DNA of 64,000 nucleotides from an uncultured Candidatus Saccharibacteria bacterium. Its GTDB lineage: Bacteria > Patescibacteriota > Dojkabacteria > J137. A model generated the notes under the pieces. It saw only the letters and a program-made list of their open reading frames with translations, was not told the DNA's origin and did no database searches. The stretch spans positions 637,009 through 701,008 of the forward strand of contig OZ246402.1 in the NCBI GenBank assembly GCA_965230975.1, read 5' to 3'. Positions within the stretch are counted from its first letter, which is position 1, and each line of letters opens with the position of its first letter. The position numbers and the translations under genes are program-made. Shown piece after piece: positions 8,323-17,841 of this stretch.

Positions 8323-9400
8323 AACAAAGACAAATTTTAGTGAATATATCTCTGGAAAAATAACACCTAAGGAAAAAGAAAGGTCAATAATTTCTGAGCT
8401 TTACACAGAGCTATCAACAATTCTTGCTGACCAATGTTTTCAGACTGGGTCATACGCTAGATTTACTGCAAACACACCAGTGCACGACCTAGATGTTATT
8501 TGGAAATTACCTTCGGAAACTGCTCAAAGAATAAGGACTATGATGGCAAGGGCAATTAATCCTAATGATGTTGATGTTAAGGATATTCTAAACGAACTAA
8601 GAAATAAACTTGAAAGAGAGTATAAAACTTTAAATCGACAGGTTTCATTTGGAGTTCAATCACATTCCGTTACGTTAGATTTCCAAATTCCAATAGAGAA
8701 CGGAGAAATATTTGACATATCTATTGATGTTGTTCCAGGAATAATATTACCTGAGAATGACAAATTTAATGAACCTCTTTTTCTCGTTCCTGAAATAGCG
8801 CTGATGTCCAGATATAAAAGATTGATGAAGTATGAGAGGAAGGATCCCATAAATTGGATTAAATCAGATCCAAAAGGCTACATTGAATATGCCAGGCATA
8901 TGAATAATGAAAATGAACTATTTAGAAAATGTACCAAATTTCTAAAGTCTTGGAAAAACAAACAAAAGTATCTATTTGAAGATTTTAAATTAAAATCTTT
9001 TCATATAGAACTAATTGTGGCGGACTTAATTAGTAAAAAATCACACCAACTTGGTATAGACGTTTTGAAAGAATTCTTTTTAAAATTGCCAGAGTTTTTA
9101 AAGACGCCTCAATTTGTAGATTTTGCATATGAAAATGATAGTTCAAAGTATGTTGACGAATATATTGAAGATGTTCCAGAAAATGTTAAAAATTATATTT
9201 TAGCTAAGAGCCAAGAGGCTTGGGCTAAGATATCGGTGATTCATAGTGATAATGATACCAACATAGGCAGTATCTTTGATGAGATAACTCAAGTAGATGA
9301 GCAAAGTATCGAACCACAAGTAAAGATTAAATCAAATATTCCATATAAGCCATATTCTATTAATAATGAAGATAACCGAACAAGACTTACTTTACCTTAA
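8312..9400 (+). CDS. Pol-beta-superfamily nucleotidyltransferase (cGAS/DncV-like CD-NTase or SMODS-like)
   Basis: QTGSYARFTANTPVHDLDVIW fits the GS-x9-13-hDhD motif. A third acidic residue sits on a downstream strand (FDISIDVVPG). The 362-aa length and C-terminal helical region fit the family. Confidence 0.55.
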   Translation: MENKTKTNFSEYISGKITPKEKERSIISELYTELSTILADQCFQTGSYARFTANTPVHDLDVIWKLPSETAQRIRTMMARAINPNDVDVKDILNELRNKLEREYKTLNRQVSFGVQSHSVTLDFQIPIENGEIFDISIDVVPGIILPENDKFNEPLFLVPEIALMSRYKRLMKYERKDPINWIKSDPKGYIEYARHMNNENELFRKCTKFLKSWKNKQKYLFEDFKLKSFHIELIVADLISKKSHQLGIDVLKEFFLKLPEFLKTPQFVDFAYENDSSKYVDEYIEDVPENVKNYILAKSQEAWAKISVIHSDNDTNIGSIFDEITQVDEQSIEPQVKIKSNIPYKPYSINNEDNRTRLTLP

Positions 9401-10094
9401 GAACAATCAGCCAGAACTAAAGTTTACCCCACCAAACGTGATTCGTGGCAGGTTAAACTTTACAATGGAATATAATGCCAGTAAATTTCCTGGCTACAAA
9501 ATCTTCCATTTCAATGAAAACTTGGTGGAATCAGAATATTTGATTAAAGACAGTTATAATATTGAGATAAATACTGATGGTGATCTCTATGGATTGCCCG
9601 TATGTTTTTGTGTAGATAAACAAATAAATCAACAATATGAAGATCTTAAAGATAGTCCTAACCTAAAAGTTAATTGCATAAATGATCTTCACCTTAACCA
9701 AGATGCAGACTGCACTTTCTGTCTAGGATTTCCAATGGATTTTATAGATAGAAATTTGGCTAATTTGAGTCTTGAAGATTATCTTGAGGATTTTGTAGTA
9801 CCCTTTCTATATTATCAGACCTATATCTTCCGAAATCGTAAAGAACCTTGGCGTAGTTATGGTCACGGTCCTTTAATAGGACTTGGGGAATATTTTTACG
9901 AAATACGAAACGAAAAATCTAAAGCCAACGAGTCAGTAAAAAGAATTACTCCAACATTCAGAGAAAGGATTAAAGGTGTCAACATCATTTATAGTGAAAA
10001 TTGTATTTGCGGGTCTGGAAGGAAGTGGAGAGATTGCCATTTCAGAGCCGCAATGGGTTTGAAATTTATTAGGAGAATTTTATTAAGAGGTTAG
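9366..10094 (+). CDS. Hypothetical protein with a C-terminal SEC-C-like metal-binding motif
   Basis: The C-terminal CICGSGRKWRDCH resembles the SEC-C motif CPCGSGKKYKxCC. The gene overlaps the NTase gene by 35 nt, consistent with an operon. Confidence 0.45.
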   Translation: MKITEQDLLYLKNNQPELKFTPPNVIRGRLNFTMEYNASKFPGYKIFHFNENLVESEYLIKDSYNIEINTDGDLYGLPVCFCVDKQINQQYEDLKDSPNLKVNCINDLHLNQDADCTFCLGFPMDFIDRNLANLSLEDYLEDFVVPFLYYQTYIFRNRKEPWRSYGHGPLIGLGEYFYEIRNEKSKANESVKRITPTFRERIKGVNIIYSENCICGSGRKWRDCHFRAAMGLKFIRRILLRG

Positions 10095-10192
10095 CTTTAT
10101 ATTGCATAGCTTTCTATATCAATTGCTTAGCCATTCACACAGTTTTGTAATATAATCATTTCATAATACAATCAAGCATCTATAATAGTTTA

Positions 10193-13100
10193 ATGCTTAA
10201 TCAACAAAATATGAACAATGATTTAACATTCATTACAAATGAAGTAGGTAAATCCCTGCTTGATAGATTTAATACATTGATACCGAACTATACAAAAGAA
10301 TTCGACACTATAGTTGGGTACTTTTTTATTAGTGGATTTCATAAGATATATAGATCATTGGAAAACGTTGATAAAGTTAGGGTATTAGTTGGCTTATCTG
10401 TAGACAAAAAAGTTGCAGACCTAGTTACTTCAGACAGTTTACAAGCTAGATTTGACCTTGAATCCACGAAACAAATAAAAAGTGATATTGTAAGGAAAAT
10501 TCAAGATGAGGTTGCTGACTCAGAAGATACAAAAGAAGTTGAAGAGGGTATTAGAAAATTTGTGGAATGGTTAAAGAGTGGTAAGTTAGAAGTAAAGATA
10601 TATACTAAATCACCTCTTCATGCAAAAGTATATATTCTTACTTTTCAGGAAGGCGACAGAGATCCAGGAATGGTGATTACTGGCTCAAGTAATTTAACTG
10701 CAGGTGGTTTGGATGGTAACTTAGAGTTTAATGTTCAATTGCGAGATCCACGTGACTATTCCTATGCACTTGAGAAGTTTGAGCAACTTTGGGCTGAATC
10801 TGTAGAAATCACAGATCAATATATAACTACAGTTGAGCAGAAAACTCATATCTCTGATTCTATTACTCCTTACGAATTATACTTGAAATTTCTATATGAA
10901 TATTTCAAGAATGATTTAAACTATGAAAATGATGATGAGGATACACTACCAGAGGGCTATTTGGATCTAGATTATCAAAGACAAGCTGTTATAAATGCAA
11001 AAAGAATATTGGAGGAATATGGTGGTGTGTTTATTGCTGATGTAGTTGGACTTGGTAAAACTTTTATTACTTCAAGATTAGTTAAAGCACTAAATCAAAA
11101 AACATTAGTTATAGCTCCACCAGCGCTACTAGATGAGAATAATCCAGGTTCCTGGTTCAATGTATTTGATGAATTCGGGATTAGACATCGAAAATTTGAA
11201 TCAATTGGAAAGTTAGATCATATTCTTGCAATGGGCATACATGAGAATGTGGAAGTTGTAGTAATAGATGAATCCCATAGATTTAGAAATCAATCTACAG
11301 AAACGTATAATAAATTGGCTGAAATTTGCAAAGGGAAAAAAGTCATATTGGTTAGTGCAACGCCGTTTAACAATACTCCAAGTGATCTATTGTCTCAAAT
11401 TAAATTATTTCAGAATTCTAGAAAAAGTAGTATACCGAACCTCTCTGATCTAGATAATTTCTTCTCAAGGTTGAATGGTAAACTAAAGGGTCTAGATAGG
11501 AAGAGAGATTATGAAGAATATATGTCTACAGTAAAGGATAATGCTAAAGAAATAAGGGAAAAAATTTTGAAGTATTTGATGGTTAGAAGAACAAGAAGTG
11601 AAATTAGAAAATACTACGAAACTGATTTGTCCAAACAAAAATTAAGATTCCCTGATGTGATCGAACCAACCCCAGTATTTTACGAATTTAATGATCTCGA
11701 AGACAGAGCATTTCAAGAAACTATGGATTTTATTAAAGTCTTTAAATATAGTCGATATACTCCAATGCTCTACTATAAGGGAACAATTACTGAACAAGAG
11801 AAGCAAGGTCAAAGAAATTTAACTACTTTTATGAAGATGTTACTTGTAAAAAGATTTGAAAGTAGCATATATGCTTTTAAGAAAACTTTAGAAAGGTTTA
11901 TACATTCGTATGAGCTAATGATAGAAGAATATGGGAAAGGCAATGTTTATGTTAGTAATAAAAATGCAAACAAGTTATTCGAACTACTTTCAGAGCAAGA
12001 TGAAGATGGCTTATTAGATTTAATAAGTGGTGGCAAGGCAGAGGTATATAAATCTATAGACTTTAGAGACGAAATCTTGCTTGATATGAAATTTGACTTG
12101 AATATTCTAAAACAAGTATCTGCCAGCTGGGAAAACGTAAAACGTGATGTAAAACTTGAGAGGTTTTTAAATATACTTGAGTCTGATAAGGTTTTAAACC
12201 GAAATAAATTATTAATATTCACTGAATCACAGGAAACTGCTGATTATTTATCAGATAAAATTGGAGAAAAGTACCCTAACTCGGTTTTAAATTATACTGG
12301 AGCATCTTCTATTTCAAAAAGGTTTGAAGTGATTACTAATTTTGATGCAAAGTCAAAAGTACAAGAAGATACATATAGAATACTAGTTACAACTGATGTC
12401 TTGGCTGAGGGTGTTAATTTACATAGATCTAACTGTGTAATTAATTACGATATTCCATGGAACCCGACAAGAATGATTCAAAGAGTGGGTAGAATAAATA
12501 GAGTTGATACTAAATTCAAAGAAATTTATACTTACAATTTCTTCCCGACATCACAAGCAAATGATGAATTAAAATTAAAGGAATCGGCTGAAGCTAAAAT
12601 TAATATGTTTATTGAGTTACTAGGTAATGATGCAAGACTGTTAACTGATGGAGAGGAGATTAAGTCACATGACTTATTTAACAAATTGCTTTCAAAAGAA
12701 ACTTTAACTGGAGAGGACGAGAGTTTTGAAAGTGAATTAAAATACCTACAAGTAATACAGTCCATTAGAGACACAGATGTGGACTTATTTTCTAAGATAA
12801 AGGTCCTACCTAAAAAAGCACGTACAGGTAAAGTTTCCAAAGCAAACGAAATCGCACTAGTTTCCTATTTCCAAAAAGGAAATATTGATAAGTTCATACT
12901 CACAGCTGGCAATCTAACGAGTGAACTTGGTTTTTTTGATGCAGTAAAACTTATTGAATCTGAGGCGGACGTAAAGTCAAAAAAAATCTCTGAGGATTAT
13001 TACGAATATTTAAGCAAGAACAAGAATCTGTTTGATGAGTTAATAAATCAAAATATAGATGAAACTATTATCAAAAGAGGTGGTGATTCTGCTCAAAAAC

Positions 13101-13396
13101 TTGTTAAAAGATTAGGAATTTTGCTTAAGGGTATGAATAATTTAACAGAAGATCAAGACGAATATTTGAACAAGGTTATGGATAAAGCCGAAGAAGGAGC
13201 ACTATCGCGTGGAGTTGCAAAAAAATTATGGGATCTAATTAACTCTAGCGATATAGGATTAGATTCACAAAAAGTGTACTTTTCGATAAAAAAGAATTTA
13301 TCAGATAACTGGCTGAAAGATACCTTCACCGAATCAAGCCATATATCGGAAGGGAAAAGAGAAGTAATATTGTCTCAAATGATATTTCCAAATTAA
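10193..13396 (+). CDS. PLD-family nuclease fused to an SNF2-family helicase
   Basis: N-terminal HKD motif LHAKVYILTF...GSSNLTAGG. SNF2 motifs: I ADVVGLGKTFIT, II VVVIDESHRFRN, III LVSATPFNN, VI VINYDIPWNPTRMIQRVGRINR. Confidence 0.8.
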   Translation: MLNQQNMNNDLTFITNEVGKSLLDRFNTLIPNYTKEFDTIVGYFFISGFHKIYRSLENVDKVRVLVGLSVDKKVADLVTSDSLQARFDLESTKQIKSDIVRKIQDEVADSEDTKEVEEGIRKFVEWLKSGKLEVKIYTKSPLHAKVYILTFQEGDRDPGMVITGSSNLTAGGLDGNLEFNVQLRDPRDYSYALEKFEQLWAESVEITDQYITTVEQKTHISDSITPYELYLKFLYEYFKNDLNYENDDEDTLPEGYLDLDYQRQAVINAKRILEEYGGVFIADVVGLGKTFITSRLVKALNQKTLVIAPPALLDENNPGSWFNVFDEFGIRHRKFESIGKLDHILAMGIHENVEVVVIDESHRFRNQSTETYNKLAEICKGKKVILVSATPFNNTPSDLLSQIKLFQNSRKSSIPNLSDLDNFFSRLNGKLKGLDRKRDYEEYMSTVKDNAKEIREKILKYLMVRRTRSEIRKYYETDLSKQKLRFPDVIEPTPVFYEFNDLEDRAFQETMDFIKVFKYSRYTPMLYYKGTITEQEKQGQRNLTTFMKMLLVKRFESSIYAFKKTLERFIHSYELMIEEYGKGNVYVSNKNANKLFELLSEQDEDGLLDLISGGKAEVYKSIDFRDEILLDMKFDLNILKQVSASWENVKRDVKLERFLNILESDKVLNRNKLLIFTESQETADYLSDKIGEKYPNSVLNYTGASSISKRFEVITNFDAKSKVQEDTYRILVTTDVLAEGVNLHRSNCVINYDIPWNPTRMIQRVGRINRVDTKFKEIYTYNFFPTSQANDELKLKESAEAKINMFIELLGNDARLLTDGEEIKSHDLFNKLLSKETLTGEDESFESELKYLQVIQSIRDTDVDLFSKIKVLPKKARTGKVSKANEIALVSYFQKGNIDKFILTAGNLTSELGFFDAVKLIESEADVKSKKISEDYYEYLSKNKNLFDELINQNIDETIIKRGGDSAQKLVKRLGILLKGMNNLTEDQDEYLNKVMDKAEEGALSRGVAKKLWDLINSSDIGLDSQKVYFSIKKNLSDNWLKDTFTESSHISEGKREVILSQMIFPN

Positions 13397-16300
13397 TGAA
13401 TACTCAAGCCAAACTCAAAGTTAAAACACTGTTTGAAAATAGATTTAATAAGGAAAAGTTCGTCTCATTTATTGCTGACTTGCTTAATGAAGTTGAAAAT
13501 GACACCTCCTTCCCTCCACTAAGGGGAAGATATATTAAAGCACCATTTCAAAATGGAATTCATGAATATGAGAGGGTTTGTAAATATATAGATTCATTAG
13601 GAAACCAGATAGATGTACTTATAGTTAAATTGAAAGACAAAAGTAAATTAGAAAATGCAAGGACTTTTCAAAGGAACTTCGTTGTTGACTATCTTAATGG
13701 TGGGCGAGGAGGAAAACTTAAAGATGGTGCATTAGTTGCTTTTTATTCCGATGATATTTCAGATTGGAGATTTTCTTTTGTAAAGCTGGAATATGAACTT
13801 AAAGAAGAAAACGGAAAAATAAAAGAGAACAAAAAAATGAATTCAGCTAAGCGATACTCATTCCTTGTTGGTGAGAATGAAAATTCGCACACGGCTCAAA
13901 GCCAGTTACTACCTCTGCTCGAAGATGATATTAATAACCCTACTTTAAAACAAATTGAAGATGTGTTCGGAGTTGAGATAGTAACTAAAGAGTTTTTTGA
14001 AAAATATAAAGAGCTCTTTTTACAAGTTAACAACCATCTCGAAGAAATTGTAAGAAAAGATACCAATGTAAAAAATGATTTTGAAAGTAAAGAAATTAGT
14101 ATAGGTGACTTTGCTAAGAAATTATTAGGTCAAATAGTGTTCCTATACTTTTTACAAAAAAAAGGATGGTTCGGTGTTCCCATGACCAAAAAATGGGGAG
14201 AAGGAGATAGAAGATTTTTAAGAAGTATTTTTGAAAAATCTAATAAAGAGAGTAAGAACTTTTTTAATGATTATCTGGAACCTCTATTTTATGAGGCGTT
14301 AGCCAAAGAAAGAGATGGTAATTACTATAGTAGATTCGAGTGTAAAATTCCTTTTTTGAATGGAGGATTATTTGACCCTATCGGTGATTATGATTGGTGG
14401 AATACTGTTATCAATTTGCCAAATGATCTCTTTTCAAATAACTATATTTCCCAAGATAAACATAAAGATATAGGTACGGGAATCTTGGATGTTTTTGATA
14501 GATACAACTTCACAGTTAGGGAAGATGAACCTCTTGAAAAAGAAGTAGCAATCGATCCTGAAATGCTCGGCAAGGTATTCGAGAATATGCTTGAAGTAAA
14601 AGATCGAAAATCGAAAGGTACATATTATACTCCTCGAGAAATTGTTCACTATATGTGCCAGGAAAGTTTAATAAATTATCTAGAGAGTAATTTAAGTACG
14701 GTTAGTAGAGATGATCTAGTTTACCTTGTAAAAAAAGCCGAGTACGATAAGGAAAAAGAGCAAGCTGGGGTTGAGGGTATAAAAGTTTATGAAATCAACT
14801 CAAAATTTCCGGAGGATATTAAGATTTATTCAAATGAAATTGATCAGTTGCTTGCGGATATTAAAGTATGTGACCCAGCAATTGGTTCTGGTGCATTCCC
14901 AGTTGGTATGATGAATGAAATTGTAAAAGTCAGGTCTATCTTAACAGAATTCTTGCCAAACAATAGTAATCGTAGTGAGTATGAATTTAAAAGACATGCT
15001 ATAGCGAATTCTATACATGGAGTTGATATAGATCAAGGTGCAGTTGAAATTGCGAAACTTAGACTTTGGCTCTCTCTTATTGTTGATGAAGACGATATTA
15101 GCAACATAAAGCCCTTACCAAATCTTGATTATAAAATTATGCAGGGTAATAGTCTTATTGAGGAATTTGAAGGAATAAAACTATTTGATGATAGCCTATT
15201 AAACAATGATGATTCCTATAAACATGAAATTATGAAGCTGAAGGATAGACAGCACGTTCTTCAAAAAGAATACTTTGAAATTTACCATGATAATACAAAG
15301 AAAAGTGAAACAGATCAGATTAACAAGGAATTAGAATTGATTAAAAAGAAGCTAATTGATCTTAATAAACCTCAGAAAGTAAACGATGGCGAAATTGATC
15401 TATTTAAGACTAGAGATGAAGCCAAAGAGAAAGCTGATCAGTTACAAGTATTACAAAAGAAGTTTTTTGAAGCATCACAAAAGTCTGAAAAGGAAAGAAT
15501 TAAGCAACAAATTGATGATTTGATATGGGATTTGATTGAGACTACAGTTAGACATGAAGGTAGTAGCGATAAATTGGCCCATATACAAAAAATTAGAAGG
15601 TCTAATAATAAACCCTTCTTTTTATGGAAATTGAATTTTGCTGATGTGTTTAAAGAAAAAGGAGGTTTTGATGTTGTAATTGCAAATCCACCGTATGTAA
15701 AAGAATATACGCAAAAAGATGCATTTGATGGATTGAGAAAATCACCATATTATAAAGGGAAAATGGATCTGTGGTACTTTTTTGCTTGTTTTGGAATAGA
15801 TATTCTTCATGAAGGGGGAATACTTACATTAATTGCACAAAATAACTGGGTTACAAGTTATGGAGCTTCGAAGATGAGAGATAAAATAATTACTGAAACA
15901 CAAATATTAACACTAATCGATTTTGGAAATTACATGATTTTTGACACTGCTGATATCCAAACTATGGTTATGATTTTCAGTAAAGTAAAGCCATTGGGAA
16001 ACTATCATTTCAACCTAAGAAGAATAGTAGGAAAGCCTCACAGCCCCTCAATAATTAATGACTTACTTGAGGAGAAGAAGGCTGAGAATATAGAAATATT
16101 ACATCCCAATATTAAGCCGGATTCATTAATCAATAAAAGTTTCTCATTCAATAATGTTCAATCTAATAAACTACTAAATAAGTTGACTAAGGACTCCATA
16201 TTTCTTAATGGTGATAAAGAAATTGCTCAAGGTATTGTGCCTAATCCAGATGTAGTAAATAGTAGAAATATAAAAAAGATACCTGAATCAATGGTCCGAA

Positions 16301-17055
16301 GTTTGGAGATACAGGTAGGAGATGGCGTATTTGTAGTTGATGAGAATAAATTTTCTGACTTAACACTGAAAGAAAAGTTAATATTGAAACCACTCTACGA
16401 ACCATTTCAATTTGAAAAATATTTCATACCAAAGAAGACTTCAAAGAAGTTAATTTACTTTATAAAAGGTTTAAATCCAGCAGATTATCCCACACTCATA
16501 GAACATCTCAGTAAGTACAAAGAAATAATGCTTGATCGTAGAGAAAATATAAATGGAAGACTTGAATATTATCATTTGCATTGGCCAAGAGACGAAAAGT
16601 TCTTTAAAGAAGGAAAAAAAATTCTTTGTGTAAGAAAATCAAGTTATCCATTGTTTATTTACACCGAAAATCCAGCTTATGTAATGATGTCTGTAAATAT
16701 TATTAAATCTGATAGAATTAACCTTAAGTACCTTACTGCAATACTTAATAGTAGAATTGTAGCTTTCTGGTTACAAAAAAGAGGAAAATTACAAGGTTCA
16801 AACTTTCAACTAGATAAAGAGCCCCTAACCGAAATTCCAATACGACTAGCGAGCGTAGATAGTGTTAAATCAATTGTTGATATAGTTGACCAAATTCTCG
16901 CCATAACAGAAAAGTCAGATTATCTAAACAATGAAATTGAGAAATCTCAAATAAAATCTCTACAAACAAAAATTGATCAAATGATTTATAAACTGTACGA
17001 ATTATCTGATGAAGAGATTAAAATAGTTAAAGAAGAAACTCAGCATCTTTATTAA
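13396..17055 (+). CDS. Large gamma-class N6-adenine DNA methyltransferase (Eco57I/PglX/DrmMI-like), 1219 aa
   Basis: Motif X GTYYTPREIV, motif I DPAIGSGAFP, motif IV VIANPPYV. There is a long coiled-coil insertion between motifs I and IV and a C-terminal TRD-like region. The start overlaps the upstream stop (TAATG). Confidence 0.8.
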   Translation: MNTQAKLKVKTLFENRFNKEKFVSFIADLLNEVENDTSFPPLRGRYIKAPFQNGIHEYERVCKYIDSLGNQIDVLIVKLKDKSKLENARTFQRNFVVDYLNGGRGGKLKDGALVAFYSDDISDWRFSFVKLEYELKEENGKIKENKKMNSAKRYSFLVGENENSHTAQSQLLPLLEDDINNPTLKQIEDVFGVEIVTKEFFEKYKELFLQVNNHLEEIVRKDTNVKNDFESKEISIGDFAKKLLGQIVFLYFLQKKGWFGVPMTKKWGEGDRRFLRSIFEKSNKESKNFFNDYLEPLFYEALAKERDGNYYSRFECKIPFLNGGLFDPIGDYDWWNTVINLPNDLFSNNYISQDKHKDIGTGILDVFDRYNFTVREDEPLEKEVAIDPEMLGKVFENMLEVKDRKSKGTYYTPREIVHYMCQESLINYLESNLSTVSRDDLVYLVKKAEYDKEKEQAGVEGIKVYEINSKFPEDIKIYSNEIDQLLADIKVCDPAIGSGAFPVGMMNEIVKVRSILTEFLPNNSNRSEYEFKRHAIANSIHGVDIDQGAVEIAKLRLWLSLIVDEDDISNIKPLPNLDYKIMQGNSLIEEFEGIKLFDDSLLNNDDSYKHEIMKLKDRQHVLQKEYFEIYHDNTKKSETDQINKELELIKKKLIDLNKPQKVNDGEIDLFKTRDEAKEKADQLQVLQKKFFEASQKSEKERIKQQIDDLIWDLIETTVRHEGSSDKLAHIQKIRRSNNKPFFLWKLNFADVFKEKGGFDVVIANPPYVKEYTQKDAFDGLRKSPYYKGKMDLWYFFACFGIDILHEGGILTLIAQNNWVTSYGASKMRDKIITETQILTLIDFGNYMIFDTADIQTMVMIFSKVKPLGNYHFNLRRIVGKPHSPSIINDLLEEKKAENIEILHPNIKPDSLINKSFSFNNVQSNKLLNKLTKDSIFLNGDKEIAQGIVPNPDVVNSRNIKKIPESMVRSLEIQVGDGVFVVDENKFSDLTLKEKLILKPLYEPFQFEKYFIPKKTSKKLIYFIKGLNPADYPTLIEHLSKYKEIMLDRRENINGRLEYYHLHWPRDEKFFKEGKKILCVRKSSYPLFIYTENPAYVMMSVNIIKSDRINLKYLTAILNSRIVAFWLQKRGKLQGSNFQLDKEPLTEIPIRLASVDSVKSIVDIVDQILAITEKSDYLNNEIEKSQIKSLQTKIDQMIYKLYELSDEEIKIVKEETQHLY

Positions 17056-17069
17056 ATGTTTTCATAATT

Positions 17070-17774
17070 ATGAATTCTGCAAACCAAGGTTCATCATTTG
17101 ATTCATATAAAAGACATACAGAAAAGATCCTTAGTACTTTTGTTGGTATACAGAAAATAGCAAATCTTCCTGGAGAAACTATCAAAAAAGCTTATGCTCC
17201 AATTGAAAAGATCTTTGAACAGTTAAGGTACATGATTTATGTCGATCCAGATACTTTCAATACTCTTTCTGGTTTATATCAATCTGTTCAAATAGATAGC
17301 AGTATAAAATACCCTGATAAATATATAATCTACACCAATGCAGTAAAAACTCCTCAATATGATGGTCAGCAATTTATTGTTACCAAAGAGATTGCTTTAG
17401 TAATTGCCAAATTAGATTATCAGTATAGGCATAAGATTTATGGGAAAGTGAATAAAGTGCCTTTTAATAAACACTCTTCAGTACTAGAGATAGATGGTAC
17501 CTCTTTTCAAATCAAAAAGGATTTAGAAACTTTTAACTTATGCTTAATGTTATTTGGGTCAAAACAATATATTGAAAAGATATGGAAATGGGAAGATATA
17601 AAGACAAAAGTACTCGATCACGGAAAAGAAGTTATAGATGATGAAAATGCATTTAAACTCAAAGTATATCGTTTAAATAAGAGAATTGAGAATAAAATTG
17701 GCTTTATAGATATCATTTTGTACAAAAATAAAACTGTCCGTGTAAATCCCCAATATATCTACTTTTTCAAATAG
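17070..17774 (+). CDS. Hypothetical protein
   Basis: A 234-aa ORF immediately after the methyltransferase. No recognisable motif. Confidence 0.4.
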   Translation: MNSANQGSSFDSYKRHTEKILSTFVGIQKIANLPGETIKKAYAPIEKIFEQLRYMIYVDPDTFNTLSGLYQSVQIDSSIKYPDKYIIYTNAVKTPQYDGQQFIVTKEIALVIAKLDYQYRHKIYGKVNKVPFNKHSSVLEIDGTSFQIKKDLETFNLCLMLFGSKQYIEKIWKWEDIKTKVLDHGKEVIDDENAFKLKVYRLNKRIENKIGFIDIILYKNKTVRVNPQYIYFFK

Positions 17775-17841
17775 CAACCGAACCTTACCGAACACCACTT
17801 TCTGCAACAATACAATAAATTATTTATTATTTTATTGTTGT

